Assembly: GCA_021325135.1 (NCBI GenBank)
Contig: JAJPHT010000032.1
Location: 1 to 49,301 of the forward strand
Reading direction: 5' to 3'
From: Pseudomonadota bacterium
GTDB lineage: Archaea; Thermoplasmatota; SW-10-69-26; JACQPN01; JAJPHT01
DNA length: 49,301 bases
Shown: positions 18,319-27,014 of the stretch, one piece after another
How the letters are laid out: each line of letters starts with the position of its first letter
How positions within the stretch are numbered: the stretch's first letter is position 1
Translations under genes and position numbers: made by a program
The notes under the pieces: generated by a model
What the model was told of the DNA's origin: nothing
Database searches by the model: none
The model's input: the letters and a program-made list of their open reading frames with translations, nothing else

Positions 18319-19341
18319 ATGCGCTTCGTACCCGTCCTCGTCGCCCTCGCGGCCCTGCTCGCGATCCCCGGCGCCCTCGCGATGGACCAGGTCACGTTCC
18401 AGGCTCCCGACCTCAACGCCCACGTCCACGGGACGACGACCACCTTCGACTCGTCGCAGTACGTCTCCTCGGGCCCCGGCGTCGCCACCCACGTCGAGAC
18501 CAAGGACGTGGGCGTGAACGAGAAGGGGGGCCGCTGCGCGCTCAACCCCAACGACAAGCGCCTCGACATCGGCCGCGTCGAGAAGGTCTGCGACCCCGGC
18601 AGCGTCTCCACCACCAAGGCCAGCACCGACGTCGTGCAGGCCACCGTGGACATCCGCCTCCCCTCGGCGGCGACCCCAGTCCCCCCGCCCTCGCCCCCCG
18701 CGCGCGCCACCGCGGCGGTCGTGCAGGTCGTCCAGTCCTCGCCCCGCTTCATGGTGGCCGCCGCGGCCGCCGGCGTCTCGCTGCTGGCCCTGGCCGGCAT
18801 CTGGCGCGTCCTCAAGCTCACCGGCCTCGCCGCGCTGCTGCCCCTCTACAGCCACCTCAGCGACGACGAGATCCTGGAGGACCCCAACCGCGCGGGCATC
18901 TACCGCCTCATCCAGGAGGAGCCCGGCATCTCCACCAAGGACATCGCCGACCGCCTCGGCCTCGCGTGGGGCACCGTCACGCACCACCTCGGCAAGCTGG
19001 AGAAGCGCCGCTTCGTCGTCTCCAAGAAGTACGGCAAGTACCGCCGCTACTTCGCCAACGGCGAGGGCGGCAGCGACAAGAAGGACGCCCTCGCGGTGCT
19101 CCGCGTCGACCGCACCGGCGACGTGGCCGCCCTCATCCGCAGCCACCCCGGCATGACCCAGAAGGCCGTGAGCGAGGCCCTGGGCGTCTCCAGCAGCACC
19201 ATCCTCTGGCACGTCAAGCGCCTGGAGGAAGTGCAGCTCGTGACCAAGGTCCGCGAGGGGAAGCTCGTCCGCTACTACCCGGGCGAGGGGCTCCAGGCCT
19301 TCGACATCATCCCCGCGGCGCCCGTGGCCAACGCGGCCTAA
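18319..19341 (+). CDS. Membrane-anchored double-wHTH regulator with short extracellular domain
   Basis: Signal peptide, 2-Cys domain, Pro linker, TM, LYSHL..EILEDPNR..IY..I...PG..HHL..LE, then a second HTH. Confidence 0.85.
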   Translation: MRFVPVLVALAALLAIPGALAMDQVTFQAPDLNAHVHGTTTTFDSSQYVSSGPGVATHVETKDVGVNEKGGRCALNPNDKRLDIGRVEKVCDPGSVSTTKASTDVVQATVDIRLPSAATPVPPPSPPARATAAVVQVVQSSPRFMVAAAAAGVSLLALAGIWRVLKLTGLAALLPLYSHLSDDEILEDPNRAGIYRLIQEEPGISTKDIADRLGLAWGTVTHHLGKLEKRRFVVSKKYGKYRRYFANGEGGSDKKDALAVLRVDRTGDVAALIRSHPGMTQKAVSEALGVSSSTILWHVKRLEEVQLVTKVREGKLVRYYPGEGLQAFDIIPAAPVANAA

Positions 19342-19438
19342 AATGGGAGGGTTTCAGGGGGCTCGCCTCCCTGACGTTTCAGTCGTCTGCTCGACGTTCC
19401 TTCACGTCAGGGGGCTTCGCCCCCCGAACCCCCCATTT
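19341..19438. repeat. REPIN/MITE-like palindromic doublet, copy A
   Basis: Inverted arms ending ...CCCTGACGT / ACGTCAGGGGGC...CCGAACCCCCC with a 26-nt spacer. Confidence 0.85.
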
Positions 19439-20357
19439 GCCGCCGCAGCGCGTCCCACCCCTGCCAGTACGAGTAGAACGTCTCGTCGGCGGGTTTTGAT
19501 ATCGGCCCGAAGGCGTCGAGGAAGTGCGCGCCCCAGTCGGGGCGGCTGCCGTCAAGATCCGTGAAGCCGTACTCCCTGGCCAGCGTCCACGAGGCGAAGA
19601 CGCGGCCGCTCTTCTCCAGGACGCGCGGGTCGGCGGCGAGGGCCGCCACGGCGCGGCCCACGAAGGCGGGCGTCTCGGAGAAGAGGAAGTGCGGGTCCTT
19701 CTTCGCGCCCTCGCGCCAGGTCTCCTCGGTGACGCCGAAGTGGTCCAGCATCGCCTCGGAGCGCAGGAAGCCGGGCGTCACCGCGAGGCTCGCGACGCCG
19801 CGGGGGCGAAGCTCCTCCGCCATGGCGAACGCGAGGCGGATGACGCTGGTCTTCGCCAGGTCGTGGAACAGGTTGCCGCGGTACCACCACGCGTCGCCGT
19901 CGGTGATCTCGACGATGAGCCCGCGACCGGAGCGCATCAGGAGGGGCGCCGCGTGGCGCGCGGTCACGACGTGCGTGTGGACGGCGGTCTCCAGCAGGCG
20001 GAAGCCCTGCGCCACGTCCAGCTCCCAGAAGGGCTTGCCCCACTGCGTGAGCGCGTCGCCGCCCCAGACGTCGTTCACCAGCACGTCAAGGCGCCCCTCC
20101 TCGCGCTCGATCCTGGCGACGAGCGCCGCGACCTCGGCCTCCACGCGGTGGTCCGCGTGCACGGCGACGCCGCGCCCGCCCGCCGCGTCGACGAGCGCCG
20201 CCGTCTCCTCCAGCGTCTCGGGGCGGCCCGGCGTGGGCTGGCCGCGGCCGGAGGCGTAGACGGTGGCGCCCGCCTCGCCCAGCATGCGCGCGATGCCGCG
20301 GCCCGCGCCGCGCGTGGCGCCCGCGACCAGGGCGACCTTGCCCGTGAGCGGCTTCAT
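19407..20357 (-). CDS. SDR oxidoreductase (DHRS1-like)
   Basis: AGATRGAGRG, LVNDVWGG, VTPGFLRSE, SETPAFVGRAV. Confidence 0.9.
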   Translation of the reverse strand: MKPLTGKVALVAGATRGAGRGIARMLGEAGATVYASGRGQPTPGRPETLEETAALVDAAGGRGVAVHADHRVEAEVAALVARIEREEGRLDVLVNDVWGGDALTQWGKPFWELDVAQGFRLLETAVHTHVVTARHAAPLLMRSGRGLIVEITDGDAWWYRGNLFHDLAKTSVIRLAFAMAEELRPRGVASLAVTPGFLRSEAMLDHFGVTEETWREGAKKDPHFLFSETPAFVGRAVAALAADPRVLEKSGRVFASWTLAREYGFTDLDGSRPDWGAHFLDAFGPISKPADETFYSYWQGWDALRRQMGGSGGEAP

Positions 20358-20373
20358 GGCCGGGCGTAGGTTT

Positions 20374-20389
20374 CTAAATCGCGATGTAG
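20374..20389. promoter_or_regulatory. Putative TetR operator
   Basis: CTAAATCG-CGATGTAG, a 16-bp palindrome with one mismatch in the 42-bp divergent intergenic gap. Confidence 0.5.
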
Positions 20390-20399
20390 CTATCGGCGC

Positions 20400-20996
20400 G
20401 TGGCCCGGCCCCGGCAGGCGGAGGACGCCGCGATCCTGGCCGCCGCGGCGCGCCTCGTCGCCCGCGACGGCCCGCTGAGGATGCGCCTCGCGGACGTCGC
20501 GGCGGAGGTGGGCGTCACCGCCTCGGCCCTGGTGCAGCGCTTCGGCTCCAAGCGCGACCTCCTCCTGGCGTTGGCCTCGGCGGGCGCGGCCGACGTGGAG
20601 GCGGGGTTCCGCGCCGCGCGGCGCGCCCACCCGGGGGACCCCCTCGCCGCGCTGGGGGCCGCGCTGGCGGGCGGCAGCCGCAGCGTCGCCACGCCCCGGG
20701 AGATGGCCAACGCGCTGGCCTTCCTCCAGGTGGACCTCACCGACGACGCGTTCCACCGCGCGACCCTCGCCTTCTTCCGCCGCTGGCGCGCCGAGGTGCG
20801 CGCCCTCCTCTCCGAGGCCGTCGAGGCGGGCGAGCTTGCGCCCACTGACCTGGACGCCCTCGCCCGCGCCGTGGAGGTCACCTACAACGGCTCGCTCCTC
20901 ACCTGGGCCATCCGCCGCGAGGGGCGCGCCCCGGACGCCATCCGCCGCGACCTGGCCCACCTCCTGGGTCCCCACCGGCGCGTTCCCATGCCTTGA
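20400..20996 (+). CDS. TetR/AcrR-family regulator
   Basis: MARPR..ILAAA..LADVAAEVGVT..LVQRFGSKRDLL. Confidence 0.92.
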   Translation: MARPRQAEDAAILAAAARLVARDGPLRMRLADVAAEVGVTASALVQRFGSKRDLLLALASAGAADVEAGFRAARRAHPGDPLAALGAALAGGSRSVATPREMANALAFLQVDLTDDAFHRATLAFFRRWRAEVRALLSEAVEAGELAPTDLDALARAVEVTYNGSLLTWAIRREGRAPDAIRRDLAHLLGPHRRVPMP

Positions 20997-21012
20997 TGAG
21001 CCCCCGCCGCGC

Positions 21013-21306
21013 ATGACGGAGCGGGATGCATCCATGACGCTCACGGCCCAGTGCTCCAACTGCGCGGCCTGGCGGACGACGACGCCCGGCGCCACGGGCC
21101 ACGCCACCCACGAGGTCTCCGGCTTCTGCACGCGCGGGCTCTACCCGGACCCTGGCGCGCTCCTCTGCCAGAAGTACGCGGCGAGCCACGCCTTCCAGCA
21201 GCAGATCATCTCCACCATGCTCAAGGAGGAGGGCCCCATGGCGATGCCCGTGAAGCTCGTCAGCGGCCGGAAGTCCGTGAAGAAGCTCACGAAGGGGCGG
21301 CGTTAG
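21013..21306 (+). CDS. Small 4-Cys (CxxC..C..C) protein with basic tail
   Basis: CSNC, FC, LC; K/R-rich C-terminus. Confidence 0.6.
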   Translation: MTERDASMTLTAQCSNCAAWRTTTPGATGHATHEVSGFCTRGLYPDPGALLCQKYAASHAFQQQIISTMLKEEGPMAMPVKLVSGRKSVKKLTKGRR

Positions 21307-21613
21307 TCCCTTCCGCGGGCCCGAAGACCACGAGCGCGACCAGGTCCTCCTCCACGTCGAGGAAGCGGTGGCGCTCTTGCGCGGGGACGAAGAGGACGCT
21401 CCCCGGCCCGACCTCCTCGATGCGCCCCTCGCGCTCGAAGCGCGCCCGGCCGCGCACGACGTGGTAGACCTCGTCCTCGTCGTGGGGGCGCTGCGGGTCC
21501 GCGGCGCCACGGGGCAGCAGGTAGACGCCCACGCTGAGGCCGGGCGAGCGGACGATCTCCCGGTACTCGATCCTGGCCAGCGGGCCGGGAGGCAGGAGGT
21601 CGTCCACCCTCAT
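21287..21613 (-). CDS. Cupin-domain protein
   Basis: QRPHDEDEVYHV, VPAQERHRF; ATGA overlap with the queD stop. Confidence 0.88.
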   Translation of the reverse strand: MRVDDLLPPGPLARIEYREIVRSPGLSVGVYLLPRGAADPQRPHDEDEVYHVVRGRARFEREGRIEEVGPGSVLFVPAQERHRFLDVEEDLVALVVFGPAEGTNAAPS

Positions 21614-22095
21614 GCGCGCAGCGTCCGCGTCGCCCACGCGCCCTTGCCGTAGGTCTCGTCGATCCCCACGTCCAGGCGCCGCGCCGTCGCGGGGAAGTCC
21701 ACGATGGCCAGCACGCGGTCCGCGACGAACTCGGCCAGCGCCTCGGCGGTGGTGGCCTCAACGGGCAGCAGCAGCGCGTCGGGCTTGGGGACGTGATAGC
21801 GTTTCTTGGCGATGACGAACTCGACGCCCTCGGCGCCCTCCTTCACGCTGAAGTGGGGGCTGCGCGCCTGCACGAGGACGTGGTGGTCCAATTCGTCGGC
21901 CACCTGCCGCAGCGCGTCCTTCACGGTGCCGAAGTCCAAGATGAACCCCGTGGCGGGGTCGACGTCGCCGTGCACCTCGGCGTGGAGCGCGTAGGTGTGC
22001 CCGTGGAGGCGGCCGCACTTGGGGTGGTGGGGGATCACGTGCGCGGCGTCGAAGCGGATGCCGCTGCGCCACCCGTCCACGCGGATCGAGGCCAT
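21610..22095 (-). CDS. queD: 6-carboxy-5,6,7,8-tetrahydropterin synthase
   Basis: FDAAH, KCGRLHGHTY, LDH, TTAEALA. Confidence 0.93.
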   Translation of the reverse strand: MASIRVDGWRSGIRFDAAHVIPHHPKCGRLHGHTYALHAEVHGDVDPATGFILDFGTVKDALRQVADELDHHVLVQARSPHFSVKEGAEGVEFVIAKKRYHVPKPDALLLPVEATTAEALAEFVADRVLAIVDFPATARRLDVGIDETYGKGAWATRTLRA

Positions 22096-22132
22096 GGCGT
22101 CGCGAAGATGGGGCCTGCGCTTGAGGTTTCGC

Positions 22133-24307
22133 CTACCTGCGGCGCCGCGCCAGCAGGGCCAGCCCCACGACGAGCGCCGCCACGAGGGGCAGCGCAGGGG
22201 CGGGGACCTTCGCGGAGGGCTCGACCTGGCCGCCGGGCACCTCGCCCGTGGGGGCGGAGTCCGTGGGGAGGGGCACGGGCGTCGGGCCGCCGCCGGTGGT
22301 GGGCTTCACCGTGGGCGTGACGGGCGTCGGCGGGGAGGGGAGCGTGAAGTTCTCGCCATGGGGCGGGACGGGCCCGGCGTCCGCGCTCTCGGTGGTCGCG
22401 GTGGGCAGGTCGCCGCAGTCGGCCGGGCGCGGGCCAGGGGCCTCGCCGGGGAAGGGGGGGCGCGCGAGGTCGCCCAGGCACGCCTCGAAGCTCTTGGCGG
22501 GGAGGCTGGCGACGGAGAGGCCCGGGTAGAGGAGGCTCCGCTCCGTCATGCCGGGGGACTGCTTCACCAGCGCGTCGACGACGGCCTGCGCCTCGGCGTC
22601 GTCGTCGGGGCCCGCGCCGCGCAGCGCGAGCGTGATGAGCGCGCGGCCCAACGCCTGCGGGTCGCTGCGCTCCTCGTAGGCGCGGAAGACGAGGCCGCTG
22701 TCGTCGTAGAGGAAGCCCAGGTCGCCGCCCGCGTGCGACGCGCTCCAGGTGATGGGGAACGTCGCGCCGGATTGATATCGCGCCTGCACCTCCGCGGGGT
22801 CGGGCCGGATGGAAAGGCGCGTGCAGGTGCCCGCGTGGCACGAGACGACCTTGTCGGGGAAGCGGGTCTCCAGGTGCTGCTCCGCGAGGCGCGCGAGCCC
22901 CTCCTGGAAGAAGGAGAGGTTGCCGTAGCCTTCGGGCACCATGCGGTCGACGAGGCCGTGCGTCGTCTCGTGGACGAGGGTGGAGACGGCCTGGAAGTCG
23001 GGCGTCGTCGCGGTGGTGTTGTCCAGGTCGGAGGCGCGGATGCTGATGGCGTTGAGGCCGCCGCTGTAGAAGCCCTCCTCGCCGGTGAAGAGGCCGAAGA
23101 TGCTCTCGTCCTGCGCGTAGGTGAGGAAGAAGGGGCGGTCGATGCGCGCGCCGCCCGCGAAGGCGGAGACCTGCGGCAGCAGATCGCTGGCGTTCTGCGC
23201 GACGACGCGCGCCTTGCTCACGAGGAGGTCGGGCACCTGGACGACGTAGGTCGTGCCCACCGCGAAGCGCGTCCACCCCGAGGGCGCCGCGGGCAGGTAG
23301 GCGATCTCGGCGACGAAGGGCTCGTGCGCGCTCATGCGCAGGCCCGTGGAGTCCACCGCGGCGGTCGTGCGCGTGCTCACGCGCGTGAGGCCGGGCCCCA
23401 GGTGGACGTCAAGCGTGAGGTTGTCGTCCTGGCCCGCGGCCATGTTGATCGTGGCGTTGAGGAACGCGCCGCCGAAGAGGGTGGGCGGGGGGAGCGCGAA
23501 GCTCACGGTGATGGGGCGCGCGCCGAGGCCCGCGTGGGCGGGGTACGCGTGGTGGAAGTCCAGGCGGCCCCCGCTGGGCGCCGCGAGGAGCGGGCCGAAG
23601 GGCGTGGACGCCGAGAGGACGGTGAGCCCCGGCGGGACGGGCACGCCCACCTGGCCGTACACGTCGGTGTCGTAGACGAGGGTGAGGGTGAGCGTGCCGC
23701 CCGTCTCTGTGAGCATCGCGTCGCCCGCGCGCAGGAGGCCCGTGCCCGAGGCCCGCGGGTCGGGGCCGGGGTCCGCGACGCCGGGGGGCAGGAACGCGAA
23801 CCCGCCGCTGATGGGGCCGCTGTTGACGTAGAGCCCCTGCGCGTCGGGCGCGACCTCGGGCTGCGTGTCGACGCCGGCCAGCGTCCAGCCGGCGGGCAGG
23901 CGAACGTGGAGGGAGCTCTCGTCGCCCGGGTTGCCGGAGGCCTGCGCGAGGACGTGCAGCAGCGAGCCGTACTCCTCGGCGGGGCGCAGGAAGGTGAGGG
24001 TGAACGAGTAGGGCAGCGAGACGCCCGCCGTGCGTGTGCGGACCGTGACGGTGCCGTCCGCGTTGGTCGTGTTGGAGAGGAACCCCTTGGCGTCGTGCGC
24101 CTCGACGACGGTGGCGTTGTCGGGGATGGGCAGCGTCCACGGGCTGAAGTGCTGCGCCGTCTCGGTGAGCGTCTCCTCCAGATAGACGTGGTCCGCGTCC
24201 ACGACGTCGACGAGCATGTCGGTCGCGACGCCGTTGCCCGCCGCGGCGGCCGGGGACGGGGCGAAGGCCACGAGCGAGAGCGCGAGAAGGAGGGGCGCGA
24301 GACGCAC
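22133..24307 (-). CDS. Surface-anchored gluzincin-type metallopeptidase
   Basis: Signal peptide; HETTH plus downstream FFQEGLA; P/T linker; C-terminal PAP-hydrophobic-RRRR anchor. Confidence 0.8.
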   Translation of the reverse strand: MRLAPLLLALSLVAFAPSPAAAAGNGVATDMLVDVVDADHVYLEETLTETAQHFSPWTLPIPDNATVVEAHDAKGFLSNTTNADGTVTVRTRTAGVSLPYSFTLTFLRPAEEYGSLLHVLAQASGNPGDESSLHVRLPAGWTLAGVDTQPEVAPDAQGLYVNSGPISGGFAFLPPGVADPGPDPRASGTGLLRAGDAMLTETGGTLTLTLVYDTDVYGQVGVPVPPGLTVLSASTPFGPLLAAPSGGRLDFHHAYPAHAGLGARPITVSFALPPPTLFGGAFLNATINMAAGQDDNLTLDVHLGPGLTRVSTRTTAAVDSTGLRMSAHEPFVAEIAYLPAAPSGWTRFAVGTTYVVQVPDLLVSKARVVAQNASDLLPQVSAFAGGARIDRPFFLTYAQDESIFGLFTGEEGFYSGGLNAISIRASDLDNTTATTPDFQAVSTLVHETTHGLVDRMVPEGYGNLSFFQEGLARLAEQHLETRFPDKVVSCHAGTCTRLSIRPDPAEVQARYQSGATFPITWSASHAGGDLGFLYDDSGLVFRAYEERSDPQALGRALITLALRGAGPDDDAEAQAVVDALVKQSPGMTERSLLYPGLSVASLPAKSFEACLGDLARPPFPGEAPGPRPADCGDLPTATTESADAGPVPPHGENFTLPSPPTPVTPTVKPTTGGGPTPVPLPTDSAPTGEVPGGQVEPSAKVPAPALPLVAALVVGLALLARRRR

Positions 24308-24354
24308 GGCCGGCCAGCCAGGCGAGGGGGGAAGAACGTTTCTAAGACGCCACA

Positions 24355-24510
24355 GCGGGGGGTTCGGGGGCGCAGCCCCCTGAAGAAAATCGTCGGCGGC
24401 GCCGCAGCGCCGCCAAACCGGGGGGTTTCAGGGGGGCTCGCCCCCCTGACGTTTCGTTTCCTGGTCAACCGATCAAAACGTCAGGGGGCTGCGCCCCCCG
24501 AACCCCCCGC
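24355..24510. repeat. REPIN/MITE-like palindromic doublet, copy B (extra single arm plus CGCA-loop hairpin)
   Basis: Arms 24355-24383, 24419-24452 and 24478-24510; hairpin 24395-24414; 25-nt spacer. Confidence 0.88.
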
Positions 24511-24525
24511 CATCGCCACGTCCTT

Positions 24526-25392
24526 ATGCCCCCGTCGACATGGCCGCGCGTGCGCTGGTGGGCGGCGGCTCTCATCTTGGCGGCGGCCCTCTCGCCGCGC
24601 GCCGCCGCGCAGGGCCCCGAAGGGGGCTGCCAGGCGCCCATCCTCTCCATGCCCGACGCGCCGCACACCTTCGCGCCGGGCGACGCGTACAGCCTCTCCT
24701 TCGCCATCGAGAATCCCAACGTGCCGCCCATCGATTCGGTGCGCGCGCAGCTGATCACCACCGCGCCCTCGGGCTGGAGCGTCGTCCCCGCGCAGCGCGA
24801 GCTGACGCTGGGCCCCAAGAACGTCTCCTTCGACGCGCTCACCATCACCGCGCCCAACCGCGGCGGCGGCGAGCCCTCGGGCAACATCACGCTCCACGTG
24901 ACGTTCGTCTGCACGACGGGCGACACGCTCACCTCCAGCAGCGCGGACGCCACCATCCCCGTCGTGCTGGAGACATTCCAGGCCCCCTGGCCCGTGCTGC
25001 TCACCGCCTTCGCGCTGCTGGCGCTGCTCGTGGGCGTTGTCGGGCTGCGGCGGCTCCAGCAGGGCGTCGCCATCGTCCCCGGCCGCCTGGAGCGCGAGGT
25101 CGCGCCGGGCAAGAGCGTGAAGTACACCTTCCGCGTCGAGAACCGGCGCGGCAAGCCCCAGCGCTTCACCCTCCTGGGCGTGGGCGTCCCCGAAGGGTGG
25201 AGCCTCCACCTGGCGCTCGACGAGGTGGAGCTGGAGCCCGGCGAGGAGAAGAGCCTCTGGGCCGTGCTCAAGTGCGCGCCCGAGGCCCCCCTGGGCGCCT
25301 CGGCCGCGATCACCCTCCGCCTGGAGAGCCCCCGCGGGGCCCGCGAAGGCACCAGCGCCACGCTCCTCGCGAAAGTGGCCCAAGGCGCCTAA
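24526..25392 (+). CDS. Bitopic membrane protein with Ig-like domains on both sides of the TM
   Basis: Signal peptide, APSGWSV domain, TM, VPEGWS..EVELEPGEEKSLW domain. Confidence 0.75.
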   Translation: MPPSTWPRVRWWAAALILAAALSPRAAAQGPEGGCQAPILSMPDAPHTFAPGDAYSLSFAIENPNVPPIDSVRAQLITTAPSGWSVVPAQRELTLGPKNVSFDALTITAPNRGGGEPSGNITLHVTFVCTTGDTLTSSSADATIPVVLETFQAPWPVLLTAFALLALLVGVVGLRRLQQGVAIVPGRLEREVAPGKSVKYTFRVENRRGKPQRFTLLGVGVPEGWSLHLALDEVELEPGEEKSLWAVLKCAPEAPLGASAAITLRLESPRGAREGTSATLLAKVAQGA

Positions 25393-25429
25393 CGGAACCT
25401 TGATTGGCCCCCGGGAGCGTGCGCCGACG

Positions 25430-26347
25430 ATGCGGGTCCTCCCTCTGCTGAGCGCGCTGCTGCTCCTCGCGCCCGTCGCGGCGGCGCAGGTGCCCTCCCA
25501 GCCTTGCGGCCCGCTCCAGTTCGGCAAGGTCACCCCGCCCAGCCCCCTCCCGCCCGGCGGCGAGGGCGACGTGACCGTCACCATCACCAACACCAACCCC
25601 GTGACGCCCCTCAGCGTCGTCGTGAGCGCCGCCACCAGCACCGCGGGCTGGAGCGTGAAGACGGGGGACCAGAGCATCTCCAGCCTGGCCGCGAGCACCA
25701 CCCAAACGGTGACGTTCCACGTCGTGGCCTCCAAGGACGCCAAGCAGGACATGGCCCTCTCGTTCAGCGCCACCGGCCAGTGCACGGGCCCCGGCGGCGT
25801 CTCGTGCCCCACGAGCCAGGCGCAGTGCGTCACCACCGCCAACGCCTCGGGCGCCGTCGCGCTCCAGCAGGGCGGCGGCCTCTCCTTCCCGGGCCTCGAC
25901 AACCTGGACTTCCCCATCGAGTACCTCGTCGCGGGCGTCGTCCTCGTCGCGCTGGCCATCGCGATCCCGCTCCTCGTGCGCAAGCGCAAGCCCGGCCTCG
26001 CCGCCGACTGCCCCGAGCCGCTCAAGATGGTGCGCCCCGGCCGCGGCACCTCCTTCCCCATCGACATCCGCAACCCGGGCGCCGAGCCCTTGACCGCGCA
26101 GTTCGAGGTGGGCCCCGTCCCCGAAGGGTGGAGCGCCTTCATGCCGCTCCCCGAGGTGCAGCTGGCGCCCAAGGAGTCGCGCAGCCTCTGGCTCATGGTG
26201 CGCTCCCCCGCCCAGGCCACCACCGGCGCCACCGCCGACGTGGAGGTGCGCCTCCGCAGCGCCGCGCGCCCCGACGCCAGCGCCACCGTGAAGGTCCGCG
26301 CCGAGGTCAACCCCAACGCGGCCGAAGGGCCCACGAAGGTCGGCTGA
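25430..26347 (+). CDS. Paralogous bitopic Ig-like membrane protein
   Basis: Signal peptide, AGWSV domain, TM, VPEGWS..EVQLAPKESRSLW domain. Confidence 0.78.
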   Translation: MRVLPLLSALLLLAPVAAAQVPSQPCGPLQFGKVTPPSPLPPGGEGDVTVTITNTNPVTPLSVVVSAATSTAGWSVKTGDQSISSLAASTTQTVTFHVVASKDAKQDMALSFSATGQCTGPGGVSCPTSQAQCVTTANASGAVALQQGGGLSFPGLDNLDFPIEYLVAGVVLVALAIAIPLLVRKRKPGLAADCPEPLKMVRPGRGTSFPIDIRNPGAEPLTAQFEVGPVPEGWSAFMPLPEVQLAPKESRSLWLMVRSPAQATTGATADVEVRLRSAARPDASATVKVRAEVNPNAAEGPTKVG

Positions 26348-26446
26348 GCCGCCCCCACTCGGGCCCGATTCTGGCATACTCCTACGGCCTGGGGCGCCCT
26401 CTTTCCAGCAATCTTATGCGCCCGCGCCCTGCGTCCGGGATCGTCC

Positions 26447-26740
26447 ATGAAGCGCCTGCTCTGGTGGCTCCTCGCGGGATCGCGCGGCGGCGTCAACCGG
26501 GCGGAGATCATCCGGACGCTCAAGGAGCGCCCCTACAACGCGCACCAGCTCTCCGAGGCGCTGCGCCTGGACTACAAGACCGTGCGCCACCACCTGAAGA
26601 TCCTCATGGAGAACGGCGTCGTGGTGGCGCAGGGCAAGGAGCAGTACGGGGCCATGTACTTCCTCTCGACCGCGATGGAGCAGGGCTACCAGGATTTCCT
26701 TGAGATCATGGAGCAGGTGAGGACCGATGGCAAAGCTTGA
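26447..26740 (+). CDS. ArsR-family regulator (archaeal type)
   Basis: LLWWLLAGSRGG.NR, LDYKTVRHHL, YGAMYF. Confidence 0.92.
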   Translation: MKRLLWWLLAGSRGGVNRAEIIRTLKERPYNAHQLSEALRLDYKTVRHHLKILMENGVVVAQGKEQYGAMYFLSTAMEQGYQDFLEIMEQVRTDGKA

Positions 26741-26999
26741 GTTCGTCCTGACGCTGGTGAACCTCGGCCTCCTGCTGGCCCTCTTCCTCATCTTCCTCAA
26801 GATGTGGCGGCAGACGAGGAGCACGTTCTCAGCGGGCTTGACGCTCTTCGCGGGCGTGTTCCTCCTCAAGCAGGTGGTGGCGATCCTCATCGCGCTGGAG
26901 CCGCGCAACTTCCCGGTGGCCAACGCGCAGCTTCAATTGCTGGCGAACCTGGGCGAGGCCGTCGCGCTGGGGATCCTGCTCTACATCGTGGCGCGGTGA
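26727..26999 (+). CDS. Small 3-TM membrane protein coupled to the ArsR gene
   Basis: Three hydrophobic segments; overlaps the ArsR stop. Confidence 0.75.
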   Translation: MAKLEFVLTLVNLGLLLALFLIFLKMWRQTRSTFSAGLTLFAGVFLLKQVVAILIALEPRNFPVANAQLQLLANLGEAVALGILLYIVAR

Positions 27000-27014
27000 G
27001 GGTCCGCGAGAAGA

